The notes below the pieces were generated by a model, which had not been told where the DNA came from, did no database searches, and saw only the letters and a program-made list of their open reading frames with translations. Of a DNA stretch of 64,000 bases, positions 25,609 through 37,903 are shown in pieces. The stretch is from Gonapodya sp. JEL0774 (lineage: Eukaryota). The stretch lies in the NCBI GenBank assembly GCA_027604505.1, contig JADIIX010000056.1, positions 1 to 64,000 of the forward strand. Direction: 5' to 3'. Each line of letters starts with the position of its first letter. Within the stretch, counting starts at the first letter, position 1. The position numbers and the translations under genes were made by a program.

Positions 25609-26903
25609 TGTGAGCTGACGTCAAGATCAATAGATCCAAAAGTTGATTCCGCTTCCAGATTGTTGTTGCACACTGGTCAAGGGTAAAGTCCGGCAAGATG
25701 TGCCCCACTGTGATCTCAATCGAAACTTTTCAAATTATGAAAGCCGTCCCGAAAAGAAAGTCACACACGGATCTTTCTGAGGTCTTTGGTGCATTAACCG
25801 GTCAGATTGGGCGGAGGAGGACAATAAAATGGTTTGTTCACGTCGGTTGGAAAGATTTGAACGAGGAACACCTTGGTGAGATTCACCAACAACAAGACTC
25901 CAGAGTATGTTCGATGCACCATCCCAAGAATTAGAACTCGGAGCCATGCTGATACAACCCAAGTTCCCTTGAAACTATGACACAGAAAGATTCTCTACAC
26001 TGACAAAGCATGACCGAGTTGTTTCCCAGAGCTCCGACTATCTCAAAAGTAGAGATAGACGACGAAAAGTGATTGCAAAGATATATGGGAGTCTGTGAAT
26101 AGCACTCAGTCCTCATCGATGGTATCAGGCTTTTGAGGAGCGGCCGGCTGCCCATACACAGTAAGCTCACTTCTGATGCCGATTCCCTGTCCGTGTCGAG
26201 TCAACCTTTACCGAGCAATCCTCAGCAAAATCTCAATTCCCTCCTCCGTTTCTTCCGCCGCCAGCAACCTCCAAAGCGTGTGACAACCAGGGATCTAACA
26301 ACCTTGCCAAAAACCACAGGTCTGCAGGATCCACAGGTTTCAAGGCCCATGCTGACCATGTCAGAGTACGTACCTCAAGCGGGCAGTAAGGTCGCCTTCT
26401 GGCTGTCGTGGTCGTTGAGAAACAGCCACCTCGAATCCCAGACCGTACACAAGTTATTTGGCACGGCTTTTTGGTGACCAAAGCCACACCATCATCCCTT
26501 CTGTAATTGATCATTACACAGATCAACACAGGAGAATTCAACACATAGTCCTATGAGAGTGCAATAATTGAAAGGTTGGTAAATACAGCACTGAATTATT
26601 CTTTCCGCAAGCTAGTCTGCGATAAGATCACGTTGGGAGACACCATGTTTCGTTGGCAGCAGCCTCTACACCAAGAAGCCTGAACCTTGCACCACCGCAG
26701 TTCACTGGGCTTCCCAACAACGTCTGTCAAGCCAGACTAATCCACGCCCGGAGCTTTGAACGATACTTCAAGCCAGCATCAAAACGTATCCACTTGCACT
26801 CGTCACAGCACTGCCGAACCAGCCTGCTCGTCGGCCAGGACAAAGCAGAGAAAGAGTGACGCCTGCATGACACTACCTCTTCCACATCCCCAATTGAAAT
26901 CAT

Positions 26904-27793
26904 ATGAAACGCGGATTCCTGATCGGGATCGGTGGCCCAACGTGTTCTGGAAAGTCCACTCTCGCCAATATCCTACTTCAGTTGTTTCCAGCAGAGCAGA
27001 CTGTTCTTGTTCGGCAGGATTTATTCTTTAAACCGCAACGCGAGATTCCGCTTGAGATAATGCCCGATGGATCAAAGCTAGAAAACTGGGACATTCCAGA
27101 AGCTCTTGAGATGGGAAAGTTTCTGACTTCCCTGAAAGCATTGAAAGCCGATCCGTCGCAAGGTCTACTCCAAGGTGGAACTACGCACTCGCAAGGCGGC
27201 GGGGAACCGACTAATCCTCTTGATCCATCAAATCTTGATGGTTCCTCAATGACCATATCGTCGAGTAGTTTTCGGGCATTGAAGGAACGGTTTTCAGTGG
27301 CCGTCCTTCCCTCTTCGATGTATTTCATTCTCGTAGACGGATTCCTTTTATACCACTCCATGGAGCTCGCACGCGAGTTCGACTTCAGAATATTCTTGGA
27401 CGCGGACTATGCAACTCTTAAATCGCGGCGAGATTCCAGAAGTGGATATCTCACGTCCGAAGACACGATTTGGAAGGGCGAGTGTTCCAGGCTCAATTTT
27501 GAACTTACCCTTACCCCTGTCTAAGAACGGTATATCACTTTCACTCTTCATATACTCATCGCAAAAACAACACCTGCGCTCAATGTCCGCCAGACCCTGT
27601 TGGATTTTGGGATGCGATTGTGTGGCCGGCCGCAGTTACACACAACAGCCTGATGAGGGACCCGGCGCAAAGGCGGACAGCTGAACTTGAGCGGCGGACA
27701 CTTATTTTGGATACCGCTATGATTTCGCTGGAGGAATGTGTTCACCGTGCAGTGGATGGGATAATGGATTGCATATCCGAGACTCCTGAATAG
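26904..27793 (+). CDS. NRK1: Nicotinamide riboside kinase
   Basis: IGIGGPTCSGKSTL (P-loop), QDLFFKP, NWDIPEA, LVDGFLLY, RRDSRSGY...WK|DPVGFWDAIVWP. Confidence 0.85.
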
Positions 27794-28325
27794 CAGTGCT
27801 TGAATTTAATTGCGAGCCAAGCTTTCTGGATTGCCTCAACATGTAGTTAACGGGAGTTTTGCTGACACCACTATATCGTTGCAATCCACACTTTTCATTT
27901 TTCTTTTCCGTTTACTCCTTCGGCAAACGAACAAGCAATGCATACCCGAATCCATTTGAATCCACTCCCATCGTTTCATCGCCCACTCCGTCACTGTCTC
28001 GACCAACTACAACTGAGTTCACCTCAAAACATGTTAATGACTCATAAGATTGCGCCGTCGAATAAATACTGGTACTGGAGCAGCCAGCTCTTATGTAAAT
28101 AAATGACGGATGTACGTCCCAACTAACAGCTTATTTGATTCCGCGGAGGAGTTTCAGAATCTATTGCACCAGCTGTCACTACCTTTGTGGGAGGGTGGGG
28201 CACACTCAATTCGTGTTGTTTTGCCTGGGATGACGTGTCCTGCGACGCCCGTAAATCACGCATCAGTCTCGAGAGGGGACTAAATTCTTCATCCAGTCGC
28301 CAGCTCACAGCATCTTTTATCATCA

Positions 28326-31325
28326 ATGATTCTCCGAGGGGTTCGTACGCAGACGATTCCGAAGAGACACCATTCAGTTGCCTCTCCGTTCCCCAAACGA
28401 TTTACTCAGAGGATTGCATCACTACCTGACTATCGGAATGATCAATCAGGATTGGCGCTGCCGAGCTGCTGTGGGATGCGGAGTATATCGTCCGTTGGAC
28501 GCGGCCTTCATGGCATCACACAACAGCGGGCTCTGGTCTTTGCGAGATGGGGAACTTTGAAACTCTGGATGAACGATGGGGAGTCGACGACTGACCGTGG
28601 GGCCGGCCTAGCACTTGCGACATCAACCTCTGCGAAACCGTCGTTCCTTCGGTTCACGCGGTTCTTGTACCAGAAAAACGATTCTCGGGCCATGAGCAGG
28701 TGGCTCCACCAAAAGAATTCGAGTGATGATGGCAATCCCCATTCTGAACGCGAATGGCAACCAGGTGCGGTTTGGGCAACGACAGTGGCACTCCTCCTCT
28801 GGGCGCTGTTCACGCCGCGCCTCCACCTTCATTGTGAACTCGACGAGGTCCCAATATCAGCCGCTGCAGAGTCTTTACTGTCACCGGCGTCAAAGGATAT
28901 CTTTCGTGCGGAAGGGGCCGTCGCACCCACAGTCCAATCCTCAAATATAACATCGCCACCACCATCGAGACGATCGTTGTGGTCATTCTCACCACTCAAA
29001 ACATTCCATCTACTCTCCCTGCCCCTACCACGATCAATTCTCATTCTGTTCCGACTCATCGGATTAGCCTATCGATTTCTCCCGGCCATTCTCATGTTTC
29101 CCGTCATCTTTTTTGGAAGTCGTGTGGTGGATGATGCGGCCCTTGGTTTTTGGAATCGTCACCGCTCTCCTGTGAGGAGAGGAGCCGAGGATGGAGACGT
29201 GGTTGAGCTCACGGAAGATGGAAACGAACCTTCCACCGTAGCATATTGGTGGGGAGTGGAACGGGAAGAGATTGCTTTGAAACGACAGCTTCCAGATGAC
29301 CTTGTGGCGAAGCATGATTCGGAGGAGGTGGGGGAGCGGACTGGAGCCCTGTGGTGGTATGGAGTAGTGGTGGAGTGTATGGAAAAGGCGGGACCCACGT
29401 TCATCAAGGTATGGATCGCCACAAATTAGTTTTGCGGAGCAAATCACGCTCGTGCTGCTTGGAATTGTGAATAGGCAGTTTCCGTGTTGCAGGGGTTCAA
29501 CTGACCACACTCGCGTTTGTTGCTCTCTCACAGCTCGCCCAGTGGGCCTCGACTAGGGAAGATATATTGCCTCCGTCTCTCACTTTGGCCCTCTCGCGTC
29601 TTCAAGCGGATGCTCTTCCGCATTCATGGGAGGATACTCGTGCTGCCGTGCGCGAAGCATTTGGTCTCGAGATCGAGGAGATGTTCGAGAGTATTGAGAT
29701 GACTCCGTGGGGTGTTGGGGCGATAGCCCAGGTTTGTGAGATATAAATAAGCCAAGTGTTTGCGTCGATACTCAATCCTGCTTTCAAAGGTCCACAGAGG
29801 AGTCCTCAATCCGAGACACACACCTCCAAGCTTCAGTCCCAGTGACCCTCCACTTTGCTGTGTTAAAGTCCTGCACCCCAACGTTGCTACTACTATCTCC
29901 CTTGATCTATCGATCATTCAAACAGTAGTACAAATTGCCGGATGGATAGTGCCAGCACTAAAATGGCTAGCACTAGAAGATGAAGTAGAGACATTTGGAC
30001 GGATGATGAGGGCACAATTGGACATGCGACGGGAGGCTGGAAATATTGATGAGTTTCGGCGAAGATGGGAAACGGGCACGGGGAGGGATGCCAGGCGGGA
30101 TGTTTGTTTCCCTGTAGTCATTCGGCCTTATGTCTCGGAAAAGGTTCGTTGATGATATCTTCTGTTGATGACACACTCATTCTTCACTAACATTGATCCC
30201 TCAACGTGGAGGTGCTCGTCGAAACTTTCGAGGTTGCGATCCCGCTCACACAGTTCATTGGGGGGCCACGAACGCCTGCAGATCATACGATTGCTAGAAT
30301 CGGGCTGGATACATTGCTGGTGAGGATGTTCATATGAGATTCATCGGCATATCGGGCAATGATGAAGACATTAATGTTGCGCAGACGATGCTCGCGGTGG
30401 ACAACTTCGTACACGTCGACATGCACCCAGGTATTTTGTCATGTTCCAACTGATTTGAATTGAGAAACGGAGTACATATGTTTCAGGGAACATGTTGGTC
30501 ACCTTCCGACCCCCGGTGCTCGCAAACGAGACATTTTTCTCTCGAGCGCTACACACAGTCGAGGATATGTTCCAGAGTGAGGATAGCGATTCCACCCACT
30601 CTTTCGTCGTTAATGACAGTCAGGATGTTGCACGTCAGCGGAATCATCGGCATATTGATGTGTTTGCCCTCAAACGCCTGTTTATGGCGGATCCAATTGA
30701 ATGGCCGTCAATTGTGGGAGAGCTTTGCAGGCAGGGCTACCGACCCCACTTGGTCCTTCTTGATTGCGGATTGGTATCACAGCTCTCTGCCAAGGACCTT
30801 CGGAACTTTCTGGATCTCTTCACGGCAGTAGTTTCGGGGAGGGGTGAGGAAGCCGGTGACTTGATGATTCAGAGATCGCGAAACCCTGATTCTTGCAAGG
30901 ACAAAGCGGGCTTTTCACGTGCCATCGCTGGAATTCTTGCAGATGCGAGGGAAAGAACTTTGGCGCTCAAGGACATCGGAGTGGGCGACATCCTTCGGCG
31001 GGTGTTCCACGCTGTGCGCAAGTATGGCGTGCACTTCGAAGGGGAATTCGTCAATACAGTTGTCAGTATTGTACTGGTCGAAGGAATTGGTCGCCGGTTA
31101 GATCCGGAGATGGACTTGCTGCAATTTGCCGCCAAGTACTTAGGGAAAATTGAGGGGACAATAATTCAGTCAGGTGGTATGGAGCTTGCCGCTTCAGAAA
31201 GGGCGGACTTGCAGACAGCAGTGACGGTGACTCAGGTTGGAAGTGTGTACAGAAAGGTGGGAAAGGCTGCTGAAAAAGTGAAAGGTGTGGAAGAAGGTGG
31301 AATGATTGTAGAAGTTCTAGAGTGA
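28326..31325 (+). CDS. UbiB/ABC1 atypical kinase, ADCK2/Cqd1-like; start uncertain
   Basis: LWWYG...MEKAGPTFIK|LAQWASTREDI, GVGAIAQV, VKVLHPNV, QLDMRREA, DNFVHVDMHPGN, LLDCGLV, VEGIGRRLDP. Confidence 0.88.
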
Positions 31326-31431
31326 GACAGTCCACTTTGATTCATAGATAGCATGATTTACAATTGATTGGTAGTTGTACGTGTACGGGAGATATAGTGG
31401 AGTAGAGAACTTGGAGACTTTGTCATATCCC

Positions 31432-33508
31432 TCATTCATCCGCATACATCAGTCTCGACTGCTTGACCATATGTGACATATCAGCGAGATCTCAAGAACA
31501 CTAAGTCGTGAATAAATCACAACATACATACCTTCTTCGCCCTGGGTGGCGAGGGCGCTACCGCTTCTTCGTCCTCGTCACTCTCATCCCGTGGATTACC
31601 AAGATCATTATATCCTGTCATGACCTTCTCAGGTTTGTCACCCCACGTTCTGATTCGCACGTCACGGTCACTTGTGGTGCGAGCAAAGGAATTTCGCGGA
31701 GGGCTTTCAAAAGTGGGCAGGGCAACGAATGTGGGTGCTGTTTCGCTTGTCGGAGGGACATGAAAAGAAGATGGTGGATGCGACGTGTGGGATAGCTCGG
31801 TTTGACGCTACGACCAAATATAAGAGGATTGAAATGAAGTAATCGATAAAGTTTGAAGGTACCTTAAACTCGTTGGTGGGTGGAATGTTGATATCCGCGT
31901 CCCGAAGAGTTTGGGAAGCACCGCGCTCGTTTGCCCCGTCACCATGTTCACTTTCCCTGTTTGAGATACGGCTACCCAGATTGTGATCTTCGACGATAGG
32001 TTTGATGGACTGCCGTACTAATTGTTGACCCTGACGTGGTTGAAACGGTGTGGAGGGTCGCGCAACAGAAGCAGCCAATTTCGCGGGGGCGGTTACAGTA
32101 ATGTGCTGTTTGGGATCTTCTTGCATAACATGAGGAGGGCTGTCATCAATCGTGGCTAAAACAAAATCTGCTGTATAATTGTCCCCAGATTGGACTCGGA
32201 AGGTAAGAGGTCTTTGTTTGACGAGAAAGACGGAAAACTTGCTCAATATCTTGTAAAGAAATTACCATTGGCAAATTGCATCAGATAAAGCCACTCACTG
32301 TCCACTGTGCTCAAAGTATGCTGTCACGCCCTGACTCATGCTGTCCGCGAATGACAGAATGGCCTGAATAACCGGGATGAGAAGGGCAATTCAGAGAGTC
32401 ACATGACCACTCTCACCTTCAATTCCTTCAGTTTTACTGTCAAATTTACGTCGAAAGAGATAAGAAAAGCATCGAAGTCCGTCGGATCGATGGAAAGCTC
32501 CGTTTGGAGAGAGCGTTTCAACACATCTGCGATGGAAGTGTGGCCAAGAGCCCAAGGCAATACAATGAAACCAGAAGGGAGAATCAACACTGGTTCAGCG
32601 CCTTAACCCCACGGACCAGTATCTCCTTGAGATCCTTCGGTAAAACTTCGCAACTTTAAAGTTGTCGCAGTGCACATAACAGTCACTTCATCAAGTTTTT
32701 GATGAAAGTTCACGAGCCATTCGTTAATAACCTTCGGACTGGCCACGAACTGGTTACGACAAGTGACGGTGGAGTAAATCGCTTGAAAAAGCGAGGCAGC
32801 TTCATAGTGGAGTTTATGAGTCTTAATGATTCCTTGAAAAGATGGTACATCAATGAACCGTCAGCAAAAGAGACTTCTAACATGAAGACCAACGGCACGG
32901 CTGCTTTCCTTCATCTCACCATATTTGCAGTAGATTTGAAGCACCAGTCGGTCCACCATATCCCTAGAATTTAGCTTGATAACCAGCTTCTCAACATTCT
33001 TTTCAACATTAGTCTTCTGTTTGAAGATGTTTAGAATTGGCTGACACACCGAGGCTCAATCAATTGAAACACGACACAAGGCAAGCAGAACAGTATCACC
33101 TTCAGCTGCAGCCTACAAGTCAAATCCAGTCTTTCACCCTGTTTCTTAAGTGCTTCTGGTGGGTATGAGACAACGTAGGATTCGAAGAAACGCGGTAATA
33201 TTTGGAATATGACGAAAGCAGATTTTGAAAGATTGACCGTTGAAAGAACCAACTACCGGGAGGCACCCGCATTCAAAAATGAGCCGAATGAGCCAGAAAG
33301 GCTACAGAAGATGCGATTTTATTGAGAACTGACCTTGGACGGCTTAGCTTCGAGCACAACATGATCGCCAAACTTCGCTAGTGACTGGAGAAATCTCGCG
33401 AAAGCTTGCCACAATGGAATTGAGAGACTTGAATCGTATTGAGCTTAAGGGCGCAACTCGAAGTAAGCGCTCACGCTTAACAGACGCCGCGCTGATGGTG
33501 GCTTCCAT
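31432..33508 (-). CDS. RAD9: Rad9 subunit of the 9-1-1 checkpoint clamp
   Basis: MEATISAASVK, LSTVNLSKSAF, RLVLQIYCKY, LQTELSIDPTDF, KLKELK|AILSFAD, YFEHSG, TADFVLAT, then a disordered tail. Confidence 0.82.
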
Positions 33509-33608
33509 ATGGGAGGCTTGTCAGGCATGGCTTCGCAATTACATTCAAATAGGCTCCACAATTAAAGTTGACATAATTGCTCCGCTGATGTTCAACAACA
33601 GTTTTAAC

Positions 33609-36600
33609 TTATGGATTACTCATCACTGTTTCGTGACTCGGCCACACATCGGAGACCTGCGCTGGCATCGACGGCTGCCACTGTTGCCTGCCACCATCGA
33701 AAGGGTGGCCTTTTCCTTTCCGATGAACATCGGGCCCACCTGCCCACTTCACCACCTTGAATGCCGACATTAGATTGCCCTGGCCCTGCGGCGCTGACAT
33801 GGCTACACCCTGATGAGCGGGTTGCTTTTCGTCTCCACTCCGTCTCACAACGGGAGGAAATGTCCGTCCAGCTGTTATTCGGCTCGCGGCAGGAGCAACA
33901 GGCAAAATGCTCTGCAGTGTCTTCTGCTTCTTGGTGGGGCTCTCTTCCAGATTGGATAGGTGATCCACTTGCGCTGCCACAACCTTGACATCAACAGTTG
34001 CGGCACTCCTCCCCGATTCGACTGACGGAGTGAGGTCGCTTTCTATTGCTGCAAAGAGTTCTCCTGGGATGACAGAGGAGATTGTTCGTATGCGTTTCGA
34101 AGACGGCGGAGTTGAAACATTTTGTTCGCGTTCTAACCCGAGTTGAGTTGCAGAAACGGAGGGTACGGTTCGGTTCAGAGATGTGGTGGTTGGACTAAAC
34201 GTCGGTATTGACACTTCAAGTATGTGGCCGGGCCTTGGAGGGGGCGGTGCCATCACCAAGATCCCCCTATGTCCATCGCCTGCTCCAATTCGTAGAACGC
34301 CTCCGTGTTCTGCAGAAGATCGTCGTTGCTTCACAAGTCCACTTTCGGGTTTGTGTTTTAGGGTTGTTATTTTCTTCTTAGCGGATACAGACATTGTAGG
34401 AGTGGTCAAGGAGGGTAAAGAGACAACTGTCCGAGGCTTTGCTGAGGCGCCTTTCTGTGGAAGTGAGGGTGTTTTCGGAGTCGATGCACGAGAGGATGGT
34501 TTTGAGATTGAAGAAGTATTCAAAGATGCTGCGGAGGGTGGAGAAGATTTCTTCGGAGTCACACGACCTGCAGATGCGGGTGTGCGCCAGGACGGAGTTT
34601 GGGACTCGGTGGGTTTGCCTATTGAGGGCAGAAAATTTCTGAGTTCATATCTCGGCCATAGCTGGGTGATTACTCAGAGTTGTAACTTACCCAAACTCTT
34701 ATCATTATCACAAGATCCTCTTAGCCGGACATTCTCCTTCCCTTCCTTCCCCGACTCCACACTTCCTTCCTTCTGGTCCTTTTCTCTCCACCAAATTCTT
34801 ACCTCCTCAGCCACCCCATCCGCATCGCCTACCACCACGTGGTCAAACACATCCTCCCACTCCTTGCCCGGCGCCGTCTTGTTCACGAGAATCGCGACTC
34901 CGCCCCTTACAGAGTGCACTGCACGGGCGGCGTCACGGACCAGGCGGCGCACGCCAGGGATTTTGAGTGAGGTGCCCATAACGAGGAGGAGGTCAGGTCG
35001 CCGGCGGAGGTCGACAGTGGTAAGGTGGGCGATGAGATCGCCTGAGCCCAGAGTTCACACAGTGAGTCGTGAGACAAAAATAGAAACGAACCCCCGACCA
35101 CAGCCGCTGGTTTCTCTTCAAAGCAAATGCCAAATACAGGTAGTGTAGGTCACAGACAGAATCCTCCGCTATAGAACTTCCCCCGCCAATGTGGCTGCGA
35201 AAAACCTCCCATCTCAACTCACCTCTTTCATGTACCTCGTTGTACAGCACAATATCTGGCCTTAGCCAGCCAGTCTTCCTCTCCCGCTTCCCTGCGATCT
35301 TCCGCTCCTCCCTTTCTTTCTCGCAGTTCGGGCACGATGGTGGATCACCTTGCGCGGTAGTGGCAAGAAAAGTCGAGTTGTAGGGATACCGGTGACGGCA
35401 GAGGACACAAATGAGGTGGGAGAGAGTGCCGTGGAGCTGAACGATCCGCAGAGGGTGTCGGGTGGTTGTCGGAGTGGTACAAGGTCCAGAGATAGTGACG
35501 CTGTGCTGGGAAAGCGTCGGCCCGAGCTGATGTGAGTTTTTGTCGGAGATAGATGTACCTTGTGAGGTACGACAAGATATGCAGGGTGTCCCGGCCGCAT
35601 TGGGTGACGATTGCACCCCACAATCTACGGTGCAACAACAGTCAGGCACCATAGTTGCAGCAAACCCGCTTCCACTTCCACATGCAGTATCGCTTTCAAC
35701 ATTATCACTCGCATCCTGTTCCTCATGTGGCATTTCGCACGAGAATCCGAATACTTCTGGGGCTTGTTTGTCAGTGAACGCCACCATGTTCTTCTCGTCG
35801 TCCTGCACATCATCAAAAACCACATTTTTGTAGATATCGCATAATTGACCAACGTGAGTAGGCGTCTCAGGAGTCGGGAGGAGAGATGGCGCAGGGGAGC
35901 TCGGTGGTGGCGGACCGAGAGATTTTGCTTGCAAGAATGGAAGTGGGCGGGGTGGAAGAGGGAACGACGCGGAGTGAGAATTGGAGGATGTCATGTTGCT
36001 AGTGGGAAGTTGATATTCGGTTCCGAGAGGGGTTGGGGGAGCCTGAGAAGTTGTACCAGGGGAAGGTCGGGTCTTCGGTGAGGGAGTACCAGGAGAGGCG
36101 AGGAGGGCCGAAAATCGGTGTGCGTTGGTGGACGGAGTCGAGGTGATGCTGTTCGCCGAAAGAGACCCAAGGGATGATGGTGACGGAGTAAGAGGTCCCA
36201 TGGACGGCGAAATGGCAGAAAGCTGAGCCTGCATCGTCGGTTCTAGATACTCAGACAACGCGACTCTATCATCTCCATGCGTCAGAGCCTGGACAGTAGC
36301 AGAATCCGTGGCTTCTGTGGTGGTTGCATTTTCTGCTGCTGCTCCCAGTACCCCTCCAGTCAATCGTACACCACTGCGCGTGAGACTCGCGGCTCCAAAA
36401 CCTCTCTCAGTCTCCGCCAGTGCTAAATCCGTCTGAAATCCTAATCTGGCTTCAAGATCGTCAATATTCTGGGTATAGCACCTCAACAGGCTCCCCCGTT
36501 CGTCCAAGTCCCTGATGAGGGTGTGAACGGGAGTAGTCTGGGCTCTGTCGGTGAGCAGTTTTAGTTCAGACATGAAACAGTAAAACGCTCGAGTAGATTC

Positions 36601-37505
36601 GGGGTCACGGAAGAGGTGAGCATCGAAGATGTCCTTGCCTGAGCGGGCAAAGGATTGAGGGAAGCGCGCTTTCACCAGAGCGTAGAGACCGGTGGAGGAG
36701 CGGAAGTCCTGGAGTGCAAGCAAATGGTAAGATCGAACTGAAGGAATTTGGCTACAATATTGCAGGTTTGACGGAGGGGTTGCGGGAAATGGAGCAAACC
36801 ACGCATAACCATCCGAGCAAATCACGAATCCACTGGAGGAACTCTTTGAGTATATCAAATGTAAGTGGTTGATTGTCGCAACCAGACCACAAGACCCGAT
36901 TGAGCCTTTGCGAAGAACGCGGGTGGTTTCCCACGTTCCCTGCAGTCATGCGACAAGTTCACTGCTGGCCCTCACTGTCCACCAAAAATATGCACAACCC
37001 AAAACGGTTCATGTCAACCAGATGCCCCGCTCATGAGGGGTGGAATTTCACTCTGGTCAGTCCCCTCCTCCACTCACCCCACTGACTTTTGGCTGTCTTG
37101 TGTAACCCTGAAACAGAACCTTACGTTCCTGTCCCATCCAATTCCAACCCAGTCCTGGGCCCAGCGATGTATGAATTTCCACAAGTGCGAACGAATGTCT
37201 GATTCGCTGTCAGGTGTGGCTCTCAGTCCATTGTGCTATCTCCCAAGATGCATCCACGCTCCGATTCCCCCGATTCCCCCGACTCCCTCTACCTGCCACC
37301 GAGTCTACTTGACACTTACTGGAATTCCCCCAGATACAGATATCCCTGCCCCTGTAACGACCAGCACCCTCTTGGCCTCCCCAATTGCCCTGGCAGCTTC
37401 CGATGCACCAGGGCAGGCGGCAGGAGCTCTAGAACTGCTGCCAGATACACGGCGCAATTTATTGACTGGAGTTGTGGGCCTCCTGGACGGCGTGGGGGGT
37501 GCCAT
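33609..37505 (-). CDS. NAD-dependent sirtuin deacetylase, Hst3/Hst4 class
   Basis: VTGAGISVSGGIP|DFRSSTGLY, GKDIFDA, LLRCYTQNIDDLE, VQLHGTL...CVLC...CPNC, LRPDIVLYNE, DLLLVMGTSLKIPGV. Confidence 0.93.
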
Positions 37506-37903
37506 ATTTGGTTGAGCGCCCCAAGCAGGCACTTGGAACTGATGCTTTGATTCAGGGGCAGATTAGCCCCAGGAGCTGTTCTTGTCGAAAACCAACCAAT
37601 TTTTCTCGAATGAAAACGAGACACTGGCAGAAAGGAGTCTTGAACAGTCGTGTGAATCAGAGGGGTGTGGGCAATGGTGTGGCTCTGCTACTGCGGTCGC
37701 ACAATGTTTTACAAACATTGGACGTTGTTGGTTCTTCCAAATCCAGTAGAAATCATAGAAACAACGGCAACATGCTTAGAAATGAACTTTCAAATACAAT
37801 CCTTATCACACACGCCGGCCAACTATTCCCCCTCCCACTCACACCCTTTCCTTAGTGCAATTCACGACAACACTCCGATGCCAACACCGCAATACCGACA
37901 AAT

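Noticed and set aside
34183..35148. 321-aa plus-strand ORF and other long antisense ORFs (e.g. 51963-52811, 13789-14415)
   Set aside because: Shadow frames of well-supported genes on the opposite strand.
35450..36450. Intein in the sirtuin insertion
   Set aside because: No C-terminal His-Asn junction or LAGLIDADG motifs; composition is low-complexity.
37162..37210. C/D-box-like element (cagcga...TATGA...CTGA...tcgctg) in the long sirtuin intron
   Set aside because: Box C is imperfect, it is only about 50 nt, and it is antisense to the host gene.
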